Assembly: GCA_965226795.1 (NCBI GenBank)
Contig: CBDDDZ010000002.1
Location: 320,001 to 384,000 of the forward strand
Direction: 5' to 3'
From: Candidatus Latescibacterota bacterium
GTDB taxonomy: Bacteria > Latescibacterota > UBA2968 > GCA-2709665
DNA length: 64,000 nt
Shown here piece by piece: positions 20,170-30,110 of this stretch. The translations under genes were made by a program, and so were the position numbers. Below the pieces are notes generated by a model. It was not told the origin of the DNA, did not search any database, and worked only from the letters and a program-made list of their open reading frames with translations. Within the stretch, counting starts at the first letter, position 1. The number at the start of each line of letters is the position of its first letter.

Positions 20170-22380
20170 ATGTCAACCCAGAGCGTATTGCCGGGTACGA
20201 AGCGGCTCGATATTGAGGGCGACGTCGCCGCCGCCATGGTCGCCGGTATGGACCGATACCTCATGCGTGAAACTCGATCCGTGCGGAGACGCCGAGATTC
20301 CCAAAGAACGGATTCGGACGAGGCGCTCCTGCGGCGCCTCTCCAGGATGCTGGGCCTTATCGATTCCCGCGAAAGCGGAACCATCCGGATCGTTTCACCC
20401 ATTCACGGTCCGGCCGAAGTGGCTTCGGGCCAGGGCTATCGGATCTTCGAAGTCAGATGGCCCGCGCTCAAGGGCGTCGACGGCGAGGGCCTCCTGCTGC
20501 AGCCCGACGGTCCGCCGGTTGCCAACGTAATCGCCCTGCCAGACTGTGATTCCACGCCGGAACAATTTACCGGATTGAAACCCGGCGTTCCGGCATCCGC
20601 CCAGGTTGCCCGGCGGCTGGCCGAAAACGGATGCCGTGTCCTCGTCCCTCTCCTAATGGACCGCCGGTGTGACTACTCGGGCCATCCGGATATCGGCATG
20701 ACCAACCAGCCGCACCGGGAGTTCATCTACCGTGCCGCGTACGAATTGGGCCGTCACATCATCGGATACGAAATCCAGAAGATACTCGCCGCGGTCGACG
20801 CACTGGTTTCCGACAAGCTTCCGGTTGGCCTGTTCGGGCACGGGGAGGGGGGTCTGCTCGCGTTCTATGCCGGCGCACTGGATGCGCGCATCGGCGCCGT
20901 TTCGGTCTCGGGTTTCTTTCAACCCCGCGAAGACCTCTGGCGCCAACCCATCTATCGAAATCTGTTCGGCCTGCTCCGTGCATTCGGCGATGCTGAAATC
21001 GCATCTCTTATAGCCCCGCGCGCGCTCGTTGTCGAAATTGCGGACCATCCCGAAATCGCGGGTCCCCCGGAAGCGCGTGGACGAAGACAAACCGCCGCGC
21101 CGGGCCGGCTGACGACGCCGGATCCGGCAACTGTCCGGTCGGAATTCGACCGCGCCCGCGAGTTGGCTGGCGGGGACGCCGGCTCGTTCGTCCTCACCAG
21201 GAGCCCTGACGGGAAACCGGGCGCCGACGCAACGCTGGAAGCGTTTATGAACCGCCTCGGCGGATCCGTGTCCGCGCCCGCGTCGACGGGCTTGCCCTCC
21301 CGTGTTCGGGATGGCGTCTCTCCGCAAGACCGCTCCAGGCGTCAATTCGATCAACTCCTGGATCACACGCAGTCCGCCCTGAGGGACGCCGAATTCCGGC
21401 GGGCGGAATACTGGGCCGAAGCCGGGGGATCCGATACGGGCATCGATACGGATATGCTCAAGGAATACCGCCGGCGGCTATGGGACGACGTCATCGGCCC
21501 CCTTCCACCCGTCTCCCTGCCTCCCAACCCGCACACCCGGCTGTTTTACGACGATCCCGCAGCCAGTGCATACGAAGTTATGCTTGACGTCTTTCCCGAC
21601 GTTTTCGCCTATGGAATCCTGCTGATTCCCAAACGCATTCGAATAAACGAGAAACATCCTGTCGTGGTCTGCCAGCACGGGTTGGAAGGCAGGCCCCAAT
21701 CCGTGGTCGATCCGGACGGCCCCCGGCATCCGTATAGAAATTTCGCATACGATTTGGCCAGAGAGGGATTTGTCACCTACGCCCCTCAGAATCCCTACAT
21801 CGGACAGGATGCCTACCGGGTGCTTCAGCGCAAGGCCAATCCGCTCAAACTCTCACTCTTTTCCTTCATTGTCCGGCAGCACGAGCAGACGCTGGCCTGG
21901 TTGTCATCGCTGCCGTTTGTGGATGCGGAACGCATCGGGTTTTATGGTATCAGCTACGGCGGCAAAACGGCCATGCGGGTTCCCGCCCTGCTTGAGCAAT
22001 ACAGTCTCTCCATCTGCTCGGCGGACTTCAACGAGTGGATTTGGAAGAACGCTTCGGCCCGGCACAGGTACAGCTATCTTTTCTCTCGTGAATATGAGAT
22101 GCCCGAATTCAACCTCGGCAATACGTTCAACTACGCGGAAATGTCCTGGATGATCTGCCCCCGTCCCTTCATGGTCGAACGCGGGCACCATGACGGCGTC
22201 GCGCCTGACGAATGGGTGGCCTACGAATACGCCAAAACATACCGGCACTACGCACTGCAGGGCCTCGAGGATCGCACGGAGATCGAATACTTCAACGGCC
22301 CCCACACCATCAACGGCGTAGGTACCTTTGCGTTTTTGCGTAAACACCTCAAGAAGCCAGAGGCGAGAGGCGAGACGTGA
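20170..22380 (+). CDS. Tandem alpha/beta hydrolase (dienelactone hydrolase-like) protein
   Basis: Two hydrolase-like halves: GHGEGG and VVCQHGLEG..GISYGG..FNGPH. Confidence 0.8.
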   Translation: MSTQSVLPGTKRLDIEGDVAAAMVAGMDRYLMRETRSVRRRRDSQRTDSDEALLRRLSRMLGLIDSRESGTIRIVSPIHGPAEVASGQGYRIFEVRWPALKGVDGEGLLLQPDGPPVANVIALPDCDSTPEQFTGLKPGVPASAQVARRLAENGCRVLVPLLMDRRCDYSGHPDIGMTNQPHREFIYRAAYELGRHIIGYEIQKILAAVDALVSDKLPVGLFGHGEGGLLAFYAGALDARIGAVSVSGFFQPREDLWRQPIYRNLFGLLRAFGDAEIASLIAPRALVVEIADHPEIAGPPEARGRRQTAAPGRLTTPDPATVRSEFDRARELAGGDAGSFVLTRSPDGKPGADATLEAFMNRLGGSVSAPASTGLPSRVRDGVSPQDRSRRQFDQLLDHTQSALRDAEFRRAEYWAEAGGSDTGIDTDMLKEYRRRLWDDVIGPLPPVSLPPNPHTRLFYDDPAASAYEVMLDVFPDVFAYGILLIPKRIRINEKHPVVVCQHGLEGRPQSVVDPDGPRHPYRNFAYDLAREGFVTYAPQNPYIGQDAYRVLQRKANPLKLSLFSFIVRQHEQTLAWLSSLPFVDAERIGFYGISYGGKTAMRVPALLEQYSLSICSADFNEWIWKNASARHRYSYLFSREYEMPEFNLGNTFNYAEMSWMICPRPFMVERGHHDGVAPDEWVAYEYAKTYRHYALQGLEDRTEIEYFNGPHTINGVGTFAFLRKHLKKPEARGET

Positions 22381-22514
22381 GAGGCAGGGCCTCCACCCTT
22401 CCGCCAGCTATCGGCAGTTAGCTGTCAGCTTACAGCAGTCATCGGATAGTTATCAGCGCGCAGCTTCTACGGCGGCGACACCAATCGATCGACCTCCGCG
22501 CCGGGATCGTATTT

Positions 22515-22538
22515 GTAGGGGCGGTTCGCGAACCGCCC
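22515..22538 (+). repeat. GTAG-type REP palindrome
   Basis: GTAGGGGCGGTTCGCGAACCGCCC; near-identical copy at 36821, both preceded by ATTT. Confidence 0.8.
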
Positions 22539-22626
22539 GGAACGCAGTTCCCGGAATTGGTTGTCTTCCTGCATACGGCCTATAGTCGATTGTGAGATTG
22601 AAATCAAACGAATGAGGATGGTACCA

Positions 22627-23667
22627 ATGCCAGATGCCGCGTGGGTAAACGTGAACGAGGATGACCGCAGAATTAAGATCGAAACCGCCGAACTCGAAGC
22701 CGTGATTCCGAAGAAGGAACCGAAGCAGTGGATGACAGGGATCGAGAAAGGGTCATTCGTGGATAAAAAAACCGGATTCGCCGAAGTCGGCGACGGTTTG
22801 ATGGTGGTGGACTGGTTGATGGAGCCAGGCAGCGATGAATCCTACGACGTCAGCGTGATTGCCGAAGACGGGCACGGCGTGGGCAGATACCGCTGGCATG
22901 AGAACGAGTCGGATCGGGGCAGCAAGACCTACGCCACCATGGCGCACGGAAGCAGCCATCGTAAACGCATGATCGAGGGGCCGCAACTCTGTCACAGAAT
23001 GAAGCCCGTTCAGCCGGATGTGATCCACGGGGTGGACTTCATCGCCGTGAGGACCCGGTATCGATTCGAGTATGCGGCGCCGGGCCGAAACGCGGGGTCG
23101 CTATGGACACAGTTGATCGTGTTTCCCAGAGGTGAAAGGTTTTTCGTATTAATGGACCAGATCGAGAGTGTGAACGATTCACCCGAAATGTTTCTCAGGA
23201 ACGACACGCCCGGCTGCGTCCGACACACGAGAGGTGATACGTTCAGCGAGATCTATCTCAGTTATCTGAGCGGCTCCGACGGGCTGCGCATCCCGTCCGG
23301 TGAATTCTTCGAACCCTTCCCGCCGGACCGGAAATTCGGCTATCGCCGCAACCTGAACAGGACACCCGAGCACTTCATCCGCGCGTACCGCCTGCGGGAT
23401 CCTGAAACGGGCGACGAAGGGCCCTGGCTGGGCGGCCTTACACTCGAGCCCTCAGTCGTCTACGAAGCCTGGTGCAGCCAGCGGCCCGGCGATATTATCG
23501 TGATGATCCTCGAGATGCATGGCATGCCCGTGAAGGCCGGAGATACGTTCAGCGCGGCCCACGTCGTGGGCTTCTTCGATAGCATCGAGGACATGCGAGG
23601 GGTGTACGATCGACACAAGGGGCACAAAAAGCTGGCGGTCGATGGTTCAGGCTGGCAACTGAGGTAG
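22627..23667 (+). CDS. Hypothetical protein
   Basis: Long ORF with protein-like composition, co-oriented with neighbours; start uncertain (ATG 22612/22618/22627). Confidence 0.7.
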   Translation: MPDAAWVNVNEDDRRIKIETAELEAVIPKKEPKQWMTGIEKGSFVDKKTGFAEVGDGLMVVDWLMEPGSDESYDVSVIAEDGHGVGRYRWHENESDRGSKTYATMAHGSSHRKRMIEGPQLCHRMKPVQPDVIHGVDFIAVRTRYRFEYAAPGRNAGSLWTQLIVFPRGERFFVLMDQIESVNDSPEMFLRNDTPGCVRHTRGDTFSEIYLSYLSGSDGLRIPSGEFFEPFPPDRKFGYRRNLNRTPEHFIRAYRLRDPETGDEGPWLGGLTLEPSVVYEAWCSQRPGDIIVMILEMHGMPVKAGDTFSAAHVVGFFDSIEDMRGVYDRHKGHKKLAVDGSGWQLR

Positions 23668-23864
23668 GGGATCGGCGGAGAGACGAGAAGGTGCAACGCG
23701 GCTATACGTCGCACTGGCGAAGACGCATCGATACCGTGCCCGATCCGACGGGCGCGACATGCGGGCGAAGAACGTCACCTGAGCGTTGCGCCGACGTGCG
23801 CCTCGGATTTGCCGTTACCCTGGTGTTCGCCGACACGATGAATCTTTACCTGGGGGAAATAGTC

Positions 23865-24806
23865 ATGAATAGAGAGGCGAAGGGTCCGGACTGGGTGTGC
23901 GTCACGGAGAAGGCGGCATGGCAGGCGCGGGATTCGCAAGGGGAGATGGTGTGGGACGGCCACATGTGGATTCTGGGAGGCTGGTTCACCCCCCAGACAC
24001 CAAATCCGCGGGACGTCTGGAAGTCGGCCGACGGGAAGAATTGGACGCGTACGGTGGAGGTCGCGCCATGGGTACACGGCGACCTGCCTGCGACCATGCC
24101 GTTCAAGGGCAGGATGTGGCTGATGGGCGGGCGGAAATTGCCCGGCGCGGAGAATACGAACACGGTATGGTCTTCGCCGGACGGCGCTCAGTGGACTCTG
24201 GAAACGGACAATCCGGGCTGGTGCCCGCGGGTATCGCCCTCTTTCGTCGTGTTCAGAGACCGCATGTGGATTATGGGCGGAACCGAAAATTTCTACCAGG
24301 ATGACGACACGACGCTCAAGAACGACGTCTGGTCCACCGCCGATGGCCGGAATTGGAGATGCGAAGTCGCGAATGCGGCCTGGTCGAAACGAACGCACGC
24401 CCAGGCCGTGGTTTTTCGCAACAAGATCTGGATCATGGGCGGCGGCGCGTGGCAGCCCGAGACCATTCCGCTCAACGATGTTTGGTGTTCGGAAGACGGC
24501 GCGAATTGGACGCAGGTAACGGCCGAAGCGCCATGGATGAAGCGCATGTGGTTTTCCCTGGTCGTCTATCGAGACCATATGTGGGTTTTGGGTGGATGGT
24601 CGCGCCAGGACGGGAACTTCGGGGACGTCTGGTACTCGAAGGACGGGGCGAGCTGGACGGAACTCAAATCCGACGTGATCTGGACAAAGCGCCACGAGCA
24701 TTCGGCATACGTCTTCAAGGACAGAATCTGGCTCGCTGGGGGGCATGCCGAGCCCTTGAACAGCGAGGTCTGGACCCTAGAGCTTCCACCGGATTGGCCG
24801 CGGTGA
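23865..24806 (+). CDS. Kelch-like beta-propeller protein
   Basis: Six repeats of MWxxGG....DVWxSxDGxxW. Confidence 0.88.
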   Translation: MNREAKGPDWVCVTEKAAWQARDSQGEMVWDGHMWILGGWFTPQTPNPRDVWKSADGKNWTRTVEVAPWVHGDLPATMPFKGRMWLMGGRKLPGAENTNTVWSSPDGAQWTLETDNPGWCPRVSPSFVVFRDRMWIMGGTENFYQDDDTTLKNDVWSTADGRNWRCEVANAAWSKRTHAQAVVFRNKIWIMGGGAWQPETIPLNDVWCSEDGANWTQVTAEAPWMKRMWFSLVVYRDHMWVLGGWSRQDGNFGDVWYSKDGASWTELKSDVIWTKRHEHSAYVFKDRIWLAGGHAEPLNSEVWTLELPPDWPR

Positions 24807-24882
24807 TACGTTGACACTTGCGCGGCCCCCGTCGACCTCTTTCCGTCCCCTGGATGATTCCGCAAACTGGAGGAATTTCACA

Positions 24883-26070
24883 ATGAAAATCAAGTCCATC
24901 CGCGCCGTGCACGTGAACTTTCCCGAAACGTATGGACCCGCGAAGCCCGGCGCCGTGGAATACAAGACGGCGCGCCGCCCGTCGTGGACCGCGCAGGACC
25001 CTGTTGCCAACCCGATGACACGCTATCCGCGTTACGCCGCATTTCGTCCGTCCTGGCTGCCGAAATGGGGCGGCTTCGGTTGTGTTGTCGAGGCCGAAGA
25101 CGGCACCCTGGGTTTTGCAACAGCCAGCCACGGTCGCCCCGTTGCGGCCGTCATCGACGATTTTCTCGGGCCGCGGCTGGTGGGCGAGAGTTGCCTTGCA
25201 ACTGAAAAGTGCTACGATATGATGGTGCGGATGGGGGCCTCGTACGGCGCCACGGGCCTGCATGCCTACGCTGTGAGCGCCATCGACCTGGCGCTGTGGG
25301 ATCTGAAGGGCAAGCTGCTGGACCGGCCGGTATATGAACTGCTGGGCGGACCGGCGCGCGACGAGATGTTTTGCTATGCCACGGGTGGTGACGCCGACTG
25401 GTACCTGGAACTCGGGTTCGAGGCCATCAAGCTGCCGTGCCCGTACGGGCCGGCGGACGGGTTGGAAGGTCTGAAAAAGAACGTGGAGCTTGTGGCCGGA
25501 ACGCGAGACCTGGCGGGCGAGAACGTGGAACTCATGCTCGACTGCTGGATGGCGTTCGACGTGGAGTACGCCGTGCGCCTCGCGGAGGAACTGCGGTCCA
25601 GTAAACTCAAGTGGATGGAGGAAATGCTTCGCTCGGAGGACGTGGACGCACACGCCGAATTAAGGCGCCGGCTACCCTGGGCCACCCTGGCCACGGGGGA
25701 ACACTGGTACACAACCGTGCCTTTCCAGCACGCAGCCAGCCGTCACCTCCTGGACATTTTCCAGCCGGACATCAACTGGGTCGGCGGGCTCACCGCGGTG
25801 GTCAAAATCTGCGCCATCGCCGAAGCGGCCGGCATCTCGGTGATTCCCCACGGCGGTGGCAATACGCCTTACGGGCAGCATGTCTGTTATGCGATGCCTG
25901 CCATTCCGTGGACCGAGTGCTTCGTGGCCAGCCCGCCGGGCGTCGACCCGGAAGAAGCCGCGCGGCCCCCTGGCGTTTCAGTACCCAGGGGCGGACGAAT
26001 GAAGCCGGTCGACGGACCGGGATTCGGCGTGGAAGTCACCCAGGCGCAGTTGACACCTTTTCGATATTGA
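24883..26070 (+). CDS. Enolase superfamily acid-sugar dehydratase, L-rhamnonate dehydratase-like
   Basis: VANPMTRYP, AIDLALWDLKGK, LMLDCWMAFD, WMEE, ATGEH, QPDINWVGG, IPHGGG. Confidence 0.88.
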   Translation: MKIKSIRAVHVNFPETYGPAKPGAVEYKTARRPSWTAQDPVANPMTRYPRYAAFRPSWLPKWGGFGCVVEAEDGTLGFATASHGRPVAAVIDDFLGPRLVGESCLATEKCYDMMVRMGASYGATGLHAYAVSAIDLALWDLKGKLLDRPVYELLGGPARDEMFCYATGGDADWYLELGFEAIKLPCPYGPADGLEGLKKNVELVAGTRDLAGENVELMLDCWMAFDVEYAVRLAEELRSSKLKWMEEMLRSEDVDAHAELRRRLPWATLATGEHWYTTVPFQHAASRHLLDIFQPDINWVGGLTAVVKICAIAEAAGISVIPHGGGNTPYGQHVCYAMPAIPWTECFVASPPGVDPEEAARPPGVSVPRGGRMKPVDGPGFGVEVTQAQLTPFRY

Positions 26071-26188
26071 GACAACCTACAGGCTGCCGGATTGCAACGA
26101 GCGACGGGGGTCGCCCCGGCAGGGTGACGTCCGGTTTGTCGCCGCTCTCCATGCACGTGATTTGTATACGGGCACCGGAGGATCCACG

Positions 26189-28105
26189 ATGAAGATGAAG
26201 GCCTGGGTCGTCGCGGCCGCATTGGCGGCCGCCGCGGCATTGGCTCAGGCGCAGGAGCCCGGTGTCGACGGCTCGCTGAAGGATGTGGGCAGACACATCG
26301 TGGCGGCGAAACGCGCACGGACGCCTGAGCGGGCGATCACGCTGCTTGAAGAGGCGCGGCGAAAACTCCTGGTGGTTATGGAGGCGCATCCCGCAAGCGA
26401 AGCAGCGGTGAGGCTGGCAACGGGCAAGGGAATCGGAACCATCTCGCTGGCGGGCGTGGGAATTGCCATCAAAGAAGCAACCGTGAAATGCTGGACCTCG
26501 GCGAGTCCCGTCTGTGTCTCCCGGCTGACGCTCCAGGCCGCAGAATCGTTCGACGCAAGGTCCGATTGGGAATTGGAAATACGCGCCGGCGCGTATGCCG
26601 CGGGTGCGGCGGCGCATGCTCTGGAGGACAACGCAGGGGATTCCAGGGTGTACTTCGATCTGGCGGTCGCGGCCGCCCGGACGGTAAAGAGTGGATATGC
26701 GCGTGCGCGTGCGCTGCGCAATGTGGCGTCCGTTCAGGCTGAAGCCGGGGACGTCGATTCGGCCCGTGCCACGGCCACGTCGATCGGAGATGTACAGGGT
26801 CGGATCAATGCGTTGGTTGGCATTGCGTCGGCATCGGCGAAGAGGGGAGACGTGGAGGCCGCTCTGGAGGGTTTTCGCCTCGCCGTAGCGGCTGCCCGTT
26901 CGATCGGAGAAAGCAATCATCGCACGCGAGGTCTGAGGAAGGTCGCCCTGGCCCAGGCAGCGGCGGGATACACCGCTTCAGCCCGTGCGACGGCCAGGTC
27001 CATTGGCGATATCCAGGGTCGGACCGACGCGTTGGTCGGCGCCGCGTCGGCATTGGCGCGGGAAGGCAAGGGCGGAGACGCACGGGCATTCTTCGATCTG
27101 GCAGTTGATGACGCCGGCGCCATCAGCAACGGATATCGACGCGCAATCGCGCTGGGCAAGGTCGCGTGGGCACAGGCGGAAGCGGGTGAACAGACGGCCG
27201 CCCGGATGACACTTGACAAGGCTCTCCAGGCCGGAGGTCGCGGGATGGACCTTCGCAGCGCCGGCGCGACGATTGCATCACTCGCCGACGTTGACCCTTA
27301 CGTGTTCATTCAAATCGCAGTCGCTCAGATGAAGGTAGAGGACCTGAGTGGCGCCCGGAAGACCCTTGGCCGGGCTTTTCAGTCGGTCATCGAGGATATG
27401 TCGCCCTCACAGGTGAAATGGTTATTCAACATCGCATCGGCGCAGACGGCGGCCGGCGATGCCGACGGCGCCAGGCAGACCATTGACACCGCTGCACAGC
27501 GCCTCATATCGGCAAACGATGACGACCTGGCTCAGAACCTGGTCTACCATATCGCGCCGGACCAGCTCGAAACGCTGCTCGAGATCGTTGCGTCGCTCAA
27601 TCCTGAAGATTCCGAGGCAGAGCAAAACCTGGTCTATCACGTGGCGATACGCCAGGCGCAGACAGGCGAGATCCAGCGCAGCCTGCACAATGCGAGTATG
27701 ATTGACCGGGTATCGAGGCGTAATGCCGTTTTAAGGGAGATCGTATCCGCCCAGGCTGGGGGACAGCAATTCGTGGCGGCCAGGGCGACCGCCCTGTCGA
27801 TCAAGGATTCGAACAAGAGGATCAGGGCGCTTGTGGAGATATCCCGGGCGCAGGCGCGATCCGGAGACGTCAAAAGCGCCGGGAAAACCCTCGGCAGAGC
27901 GGCGGCCGAACTAACTGGATCGGGTGGAGCCGGGATTACCGCCTGGACCTGCACGGACCTCGCAGCGGCGCAGGTCGCGGCAGGGCAGGTTGCCGAAGCG
28001 AAGCAAACCCTGCGAGGAGCCCTTCAGGAACTCAGGTCGGCCCCTAACCTTGCCCGCGCCACCTGGCTTCCCGGAATACTGGACGTCATCCTGAAGATAG
28101 AATAG
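26189..28105 (+). CDS. Secreted TPR-like helical repeat protein
   Basis: Ala-rich signal peptide ending AQA; repeats of R..AL..IA.AQA.AG...A..TA.SI. Confidence 0.78.
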   Translation: MKMKAWVVAAALAAAAALAQAQEPGVDGSLKDVGRHIVAAKRARTPERAITLLEEARRKLLVVMEAHPASEAAVRLATGKGIGTISLAGVGIAIKEATVKCWTSASPVCVSRLTLQAAESFDARSDWELEIRAGAYAAGAAAHALEDNAGDSRVYFDLAVAAARTVKSGYARARALRNVASVQAEAGDVDSARATATSIGDVQGRINALVGIASASAKRGDVEAALEGFRLAVAAARSIGESNHRTRGLRKVALAQAAAGYTASARATARSIGDIQGRTDALVGAASALAREGKGGDARAFFDLAVDDAGAISNGYRRAIALGKVAWAQAEAGEQTAARMTLDKALQAGGRGMDLRSAGATIASLADVDPYVFIQIAVAQMKVEDLSGARKTLGRAFQSVIEDMSPSQVKWLFNIASAQTAAGDADGARQTIDTAAQRLISANDDDLAQNLVYHIAPDQLETLLEIVASLNPEDSEAEQNLVYHVAIRQAQTGEIQRSLHNASMIDRVSRRNAVLREIVSAQAGGQQFVAARATALSIKDSNKRIRALVEISRAQARSGDVKSAGKTLGRAAAELTGSGGAGITAWTCTDLAAAQVAAGQVAEAKQTLRGALQELRSAPNLARATWLPGILDVILKIE

Positions 28106-28201
28106 ACGATGACGCCGGGACGGGATCGGAGCGGAACCCGTTGCCGGACCTCCGATCGGAACGTGAACTGTCAGTTCGCGCGATGTGATCGTTGCCGAAA
28201 T

Positions 28202-28233
28202 AAAAAAACGGACGCCGACCGGTCGGCGTCCGT
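28202..28233 (-). terminator. Intrinsic terminator of the csp gene
   Basis: ACGGACGCCGACC/GGTCGGCGTCCGT palindrome followed by T7 on the minus strand. Confidence 0.8.
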
Positions 28234-28258
28234 CCGAATGTATAGAACTTCGTTTACC

Positions 28259-28459
28259 CTATCGTTTCATCACATTTGCCGCCTGGAGTCCCTTCGGACC
28301 CTCGACGATATCGAATTCGACCTCATCACCCTCGGACAAAGACTTGAAGCCATCGCCCTGGATTGCCGAAAAATGCACGAATACGTCTTCTCCGCCGTCC
28401 TGCTCGATGAAACCAAAGCCCTTGGCGTCGTTGAACCACTTCACTCGACCGTCAGCCAC
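28259..28459 (-). CDS. Cold-shock protein (CspA family)
   Basis: [34 protein letters not shown]. Confidence 0.97.
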   Translation of the reverse strand: MADGRVKWFNDAKGFGFIEQDGGEDVFVHFSAIQGDGFKSLSEGDEVEFDIVEGPKGLQAANVMKR

Positions 28460-28603
28460 TGCTCATTCACCACCTTTCTACCTTAAACTGAATGTGCAGA
28501 CAATTAAAAAGGCAAGGACCGGAACTTCTGATCCTTGCCGCATCGTTTTTTTCGACTGCACAGGAGACAGAAACAACGTCCTTCTAGTTACAACGTGTGA
28601 CTA

Positions 28604-28632
28604 AAGTTAATTGCTTCCCGTTCGAATGTCAA
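28604..28632 (-). promoter_or_regulatory. Sigma70 promoter of csp
   Basis: TTGACA-17 nt-TAACTT. Confidence 0.7.
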
Positions 28633-28734
28633 CTCCTTTTTTAGATATTCGCAAAATTTTTCCATTCCTGCCGGAATCCGCCGTTTCAACCGCGTGTAAG
28701 GCCGAATAAACCCGCCGGGTCCGCAAACTGCGCA

Positions 28735-29061
28735 TCAGTGTGTCGAACTGGAGATATGCAGGCCGGTCACACCGCCGACAATGAGCACGATGGAAAACAG
28801 CTTGATCGCGGTGACCGGTTCTTTGAAGTACCAGAAACCGATGATGGTGATGAAGGCCGTTCCCAGGCCGGACCAGACGGCGTACGCGACACTGACAGGA
28901 ATCTGCTTGAGTGCCATGGTCAGGCCGGCCAGGGAGGCCAGGTAGAAGACAGCGACACCGATCGAGGGCAACAGACGGGCGAACCCGTGGGACAGCTTCA
29001 TACAGGTTGTACCGATGACTTCGAGGACGATGGCGACAAAAAGATAGAACCAGCCAGCCAT
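28735..29061 (-). CDS. SMR (DMT) family small multidrug transporter
   Basis: AIVLEVIGT..MKLSHGF, AYAVWSGLG, YFKE; four TM helices. Confidence 0.93.
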   Translation of the reverse strand: MAGWFYLFVAIVLEVIGTTCMKLSHGFARLLPSIGVAVFYLASLAGLTMALKQIPVSVAYAVWSGLGTAFITIIGFWYFKEPVTAIKLFSIVLIVGGVTGLHISSSTH

Positions 29062-29186
29062 GAGAAGATCTCCTTGAGGGTTGTTGGTTGGATTTGACTT
29101 TCGGGGCGTTCGTTGGCATTTTAGCCACGATTCAGGGTTGAGGCAAACGGAATTAAGCGGGTTTCCTTAACGGAAAGGACAATCGA

Positions 29187-30053
29187 ATGTCATTACCGAT
29201 AATTTTGCACGTGAATTACTGCGAACAGGGGCAGACGATCCCTGAGATGTGCCGCAAGGCAGTCGGCTGGGGGTACGACGGGATCGAGTTCCGCCGGAAC
29301 CGCAGGGGTGAAGAGGAGACGCCGGAACAGTACCTGGATACGATCGCCTCGGCTGCGGAAGCGTCGGGATTGAAGCAGGTGCTGTTCGGGGGCCCCGGCG
29401 TGGAACTGATGCAGGAAGATGCCGGCCTTCGTAGGGCGCAGGTGGAGGAAGGGGTGCGGTTTTACAGCCTCGCGAGCGAGCGACTGAAGCTCACGGTTTG
29501 TAATATAATGGCCGGAACGCTGCGCAGTTCGGACCCCAATGCGGGGTCAGCGCACCATATGCATGGGTCCGGAGCGGCGTCGGCAGATCATTACGCGTGG
29601 GCGGCCGATGGGTTCAGGGAACTCGGCGCGGTGGCCGTGGAGATCGGATTCAGGCTGGCATTCGAGATCCACATGGGCTATGTGCACGACCTGCCGGCGC
29701 CCACGATGAAACTCCTGGATATGATCGGCTCACCGTGCGTGGGGGCGAACCTGGACTATGGGAACATGGTGTATTTCCCGTCCTGTCCGTCCATCGGCGA
29801 GACGGTTTCCACGCTGGGGGAGAAGCTGTTCATGGTGCATCTGAAGAATTCGATGCCAGCGGGCGCCGGACGGAACGCAGTGGGACTGGGTGACGGGATT
29901 ATCAACCACAGGGAGTATCTGCTGGCGTTGAAACACGCCGGATTCAGTGGTCCACTCTGCATTGAAGCCCCGAGGCCGGGCGACCGGGAGTGGTACGCAC
30001 AGCAGGATATCGCGTACCTCAAGGCGGTGCTGAAAGATCTGGAGTGGGAGTAG
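29187..30053 (+). CDS. Sugar phosphate isomerase/epimerase (xylose isomerase-like TIM barrel)
   Basis: GYDGIE, AFEIH, NLDYGN, VHLKN, LCIE metal-ligand pattern. Confidence 0.88.
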   Translation: MSLPIILHVNYCEQGQTIPEMCRKAVGWGYDGIEFRRNRRGEEETPEQYLDTIASAAEASGLKQVLFGGPGVELMQEDAGLRRAQVEEGVRFYSLASERLKLTVCNIMAGTLRSSDPNAGSAHHMHGSGAASADHYAWAADGFRELGAVAVEIGFRLAFEIHMGYVHDLPAPTMKLLDMIGSPCVGANLDYGNMVYFPSCPSIGETVSTLGEKLFMVHLKNSMPAGAGRNAVGLGDGIINHREYLLALKHAGFSGPLCIEAPRPGDREWYAQQDIAYLKAVLKDLEWE

Positions 30054-30110
30054 GGGAACCCGGCCTTCGCGGCACGACTTATCGGGAGTTCTCCCGTTCC
30101 GTTCCGTCTG

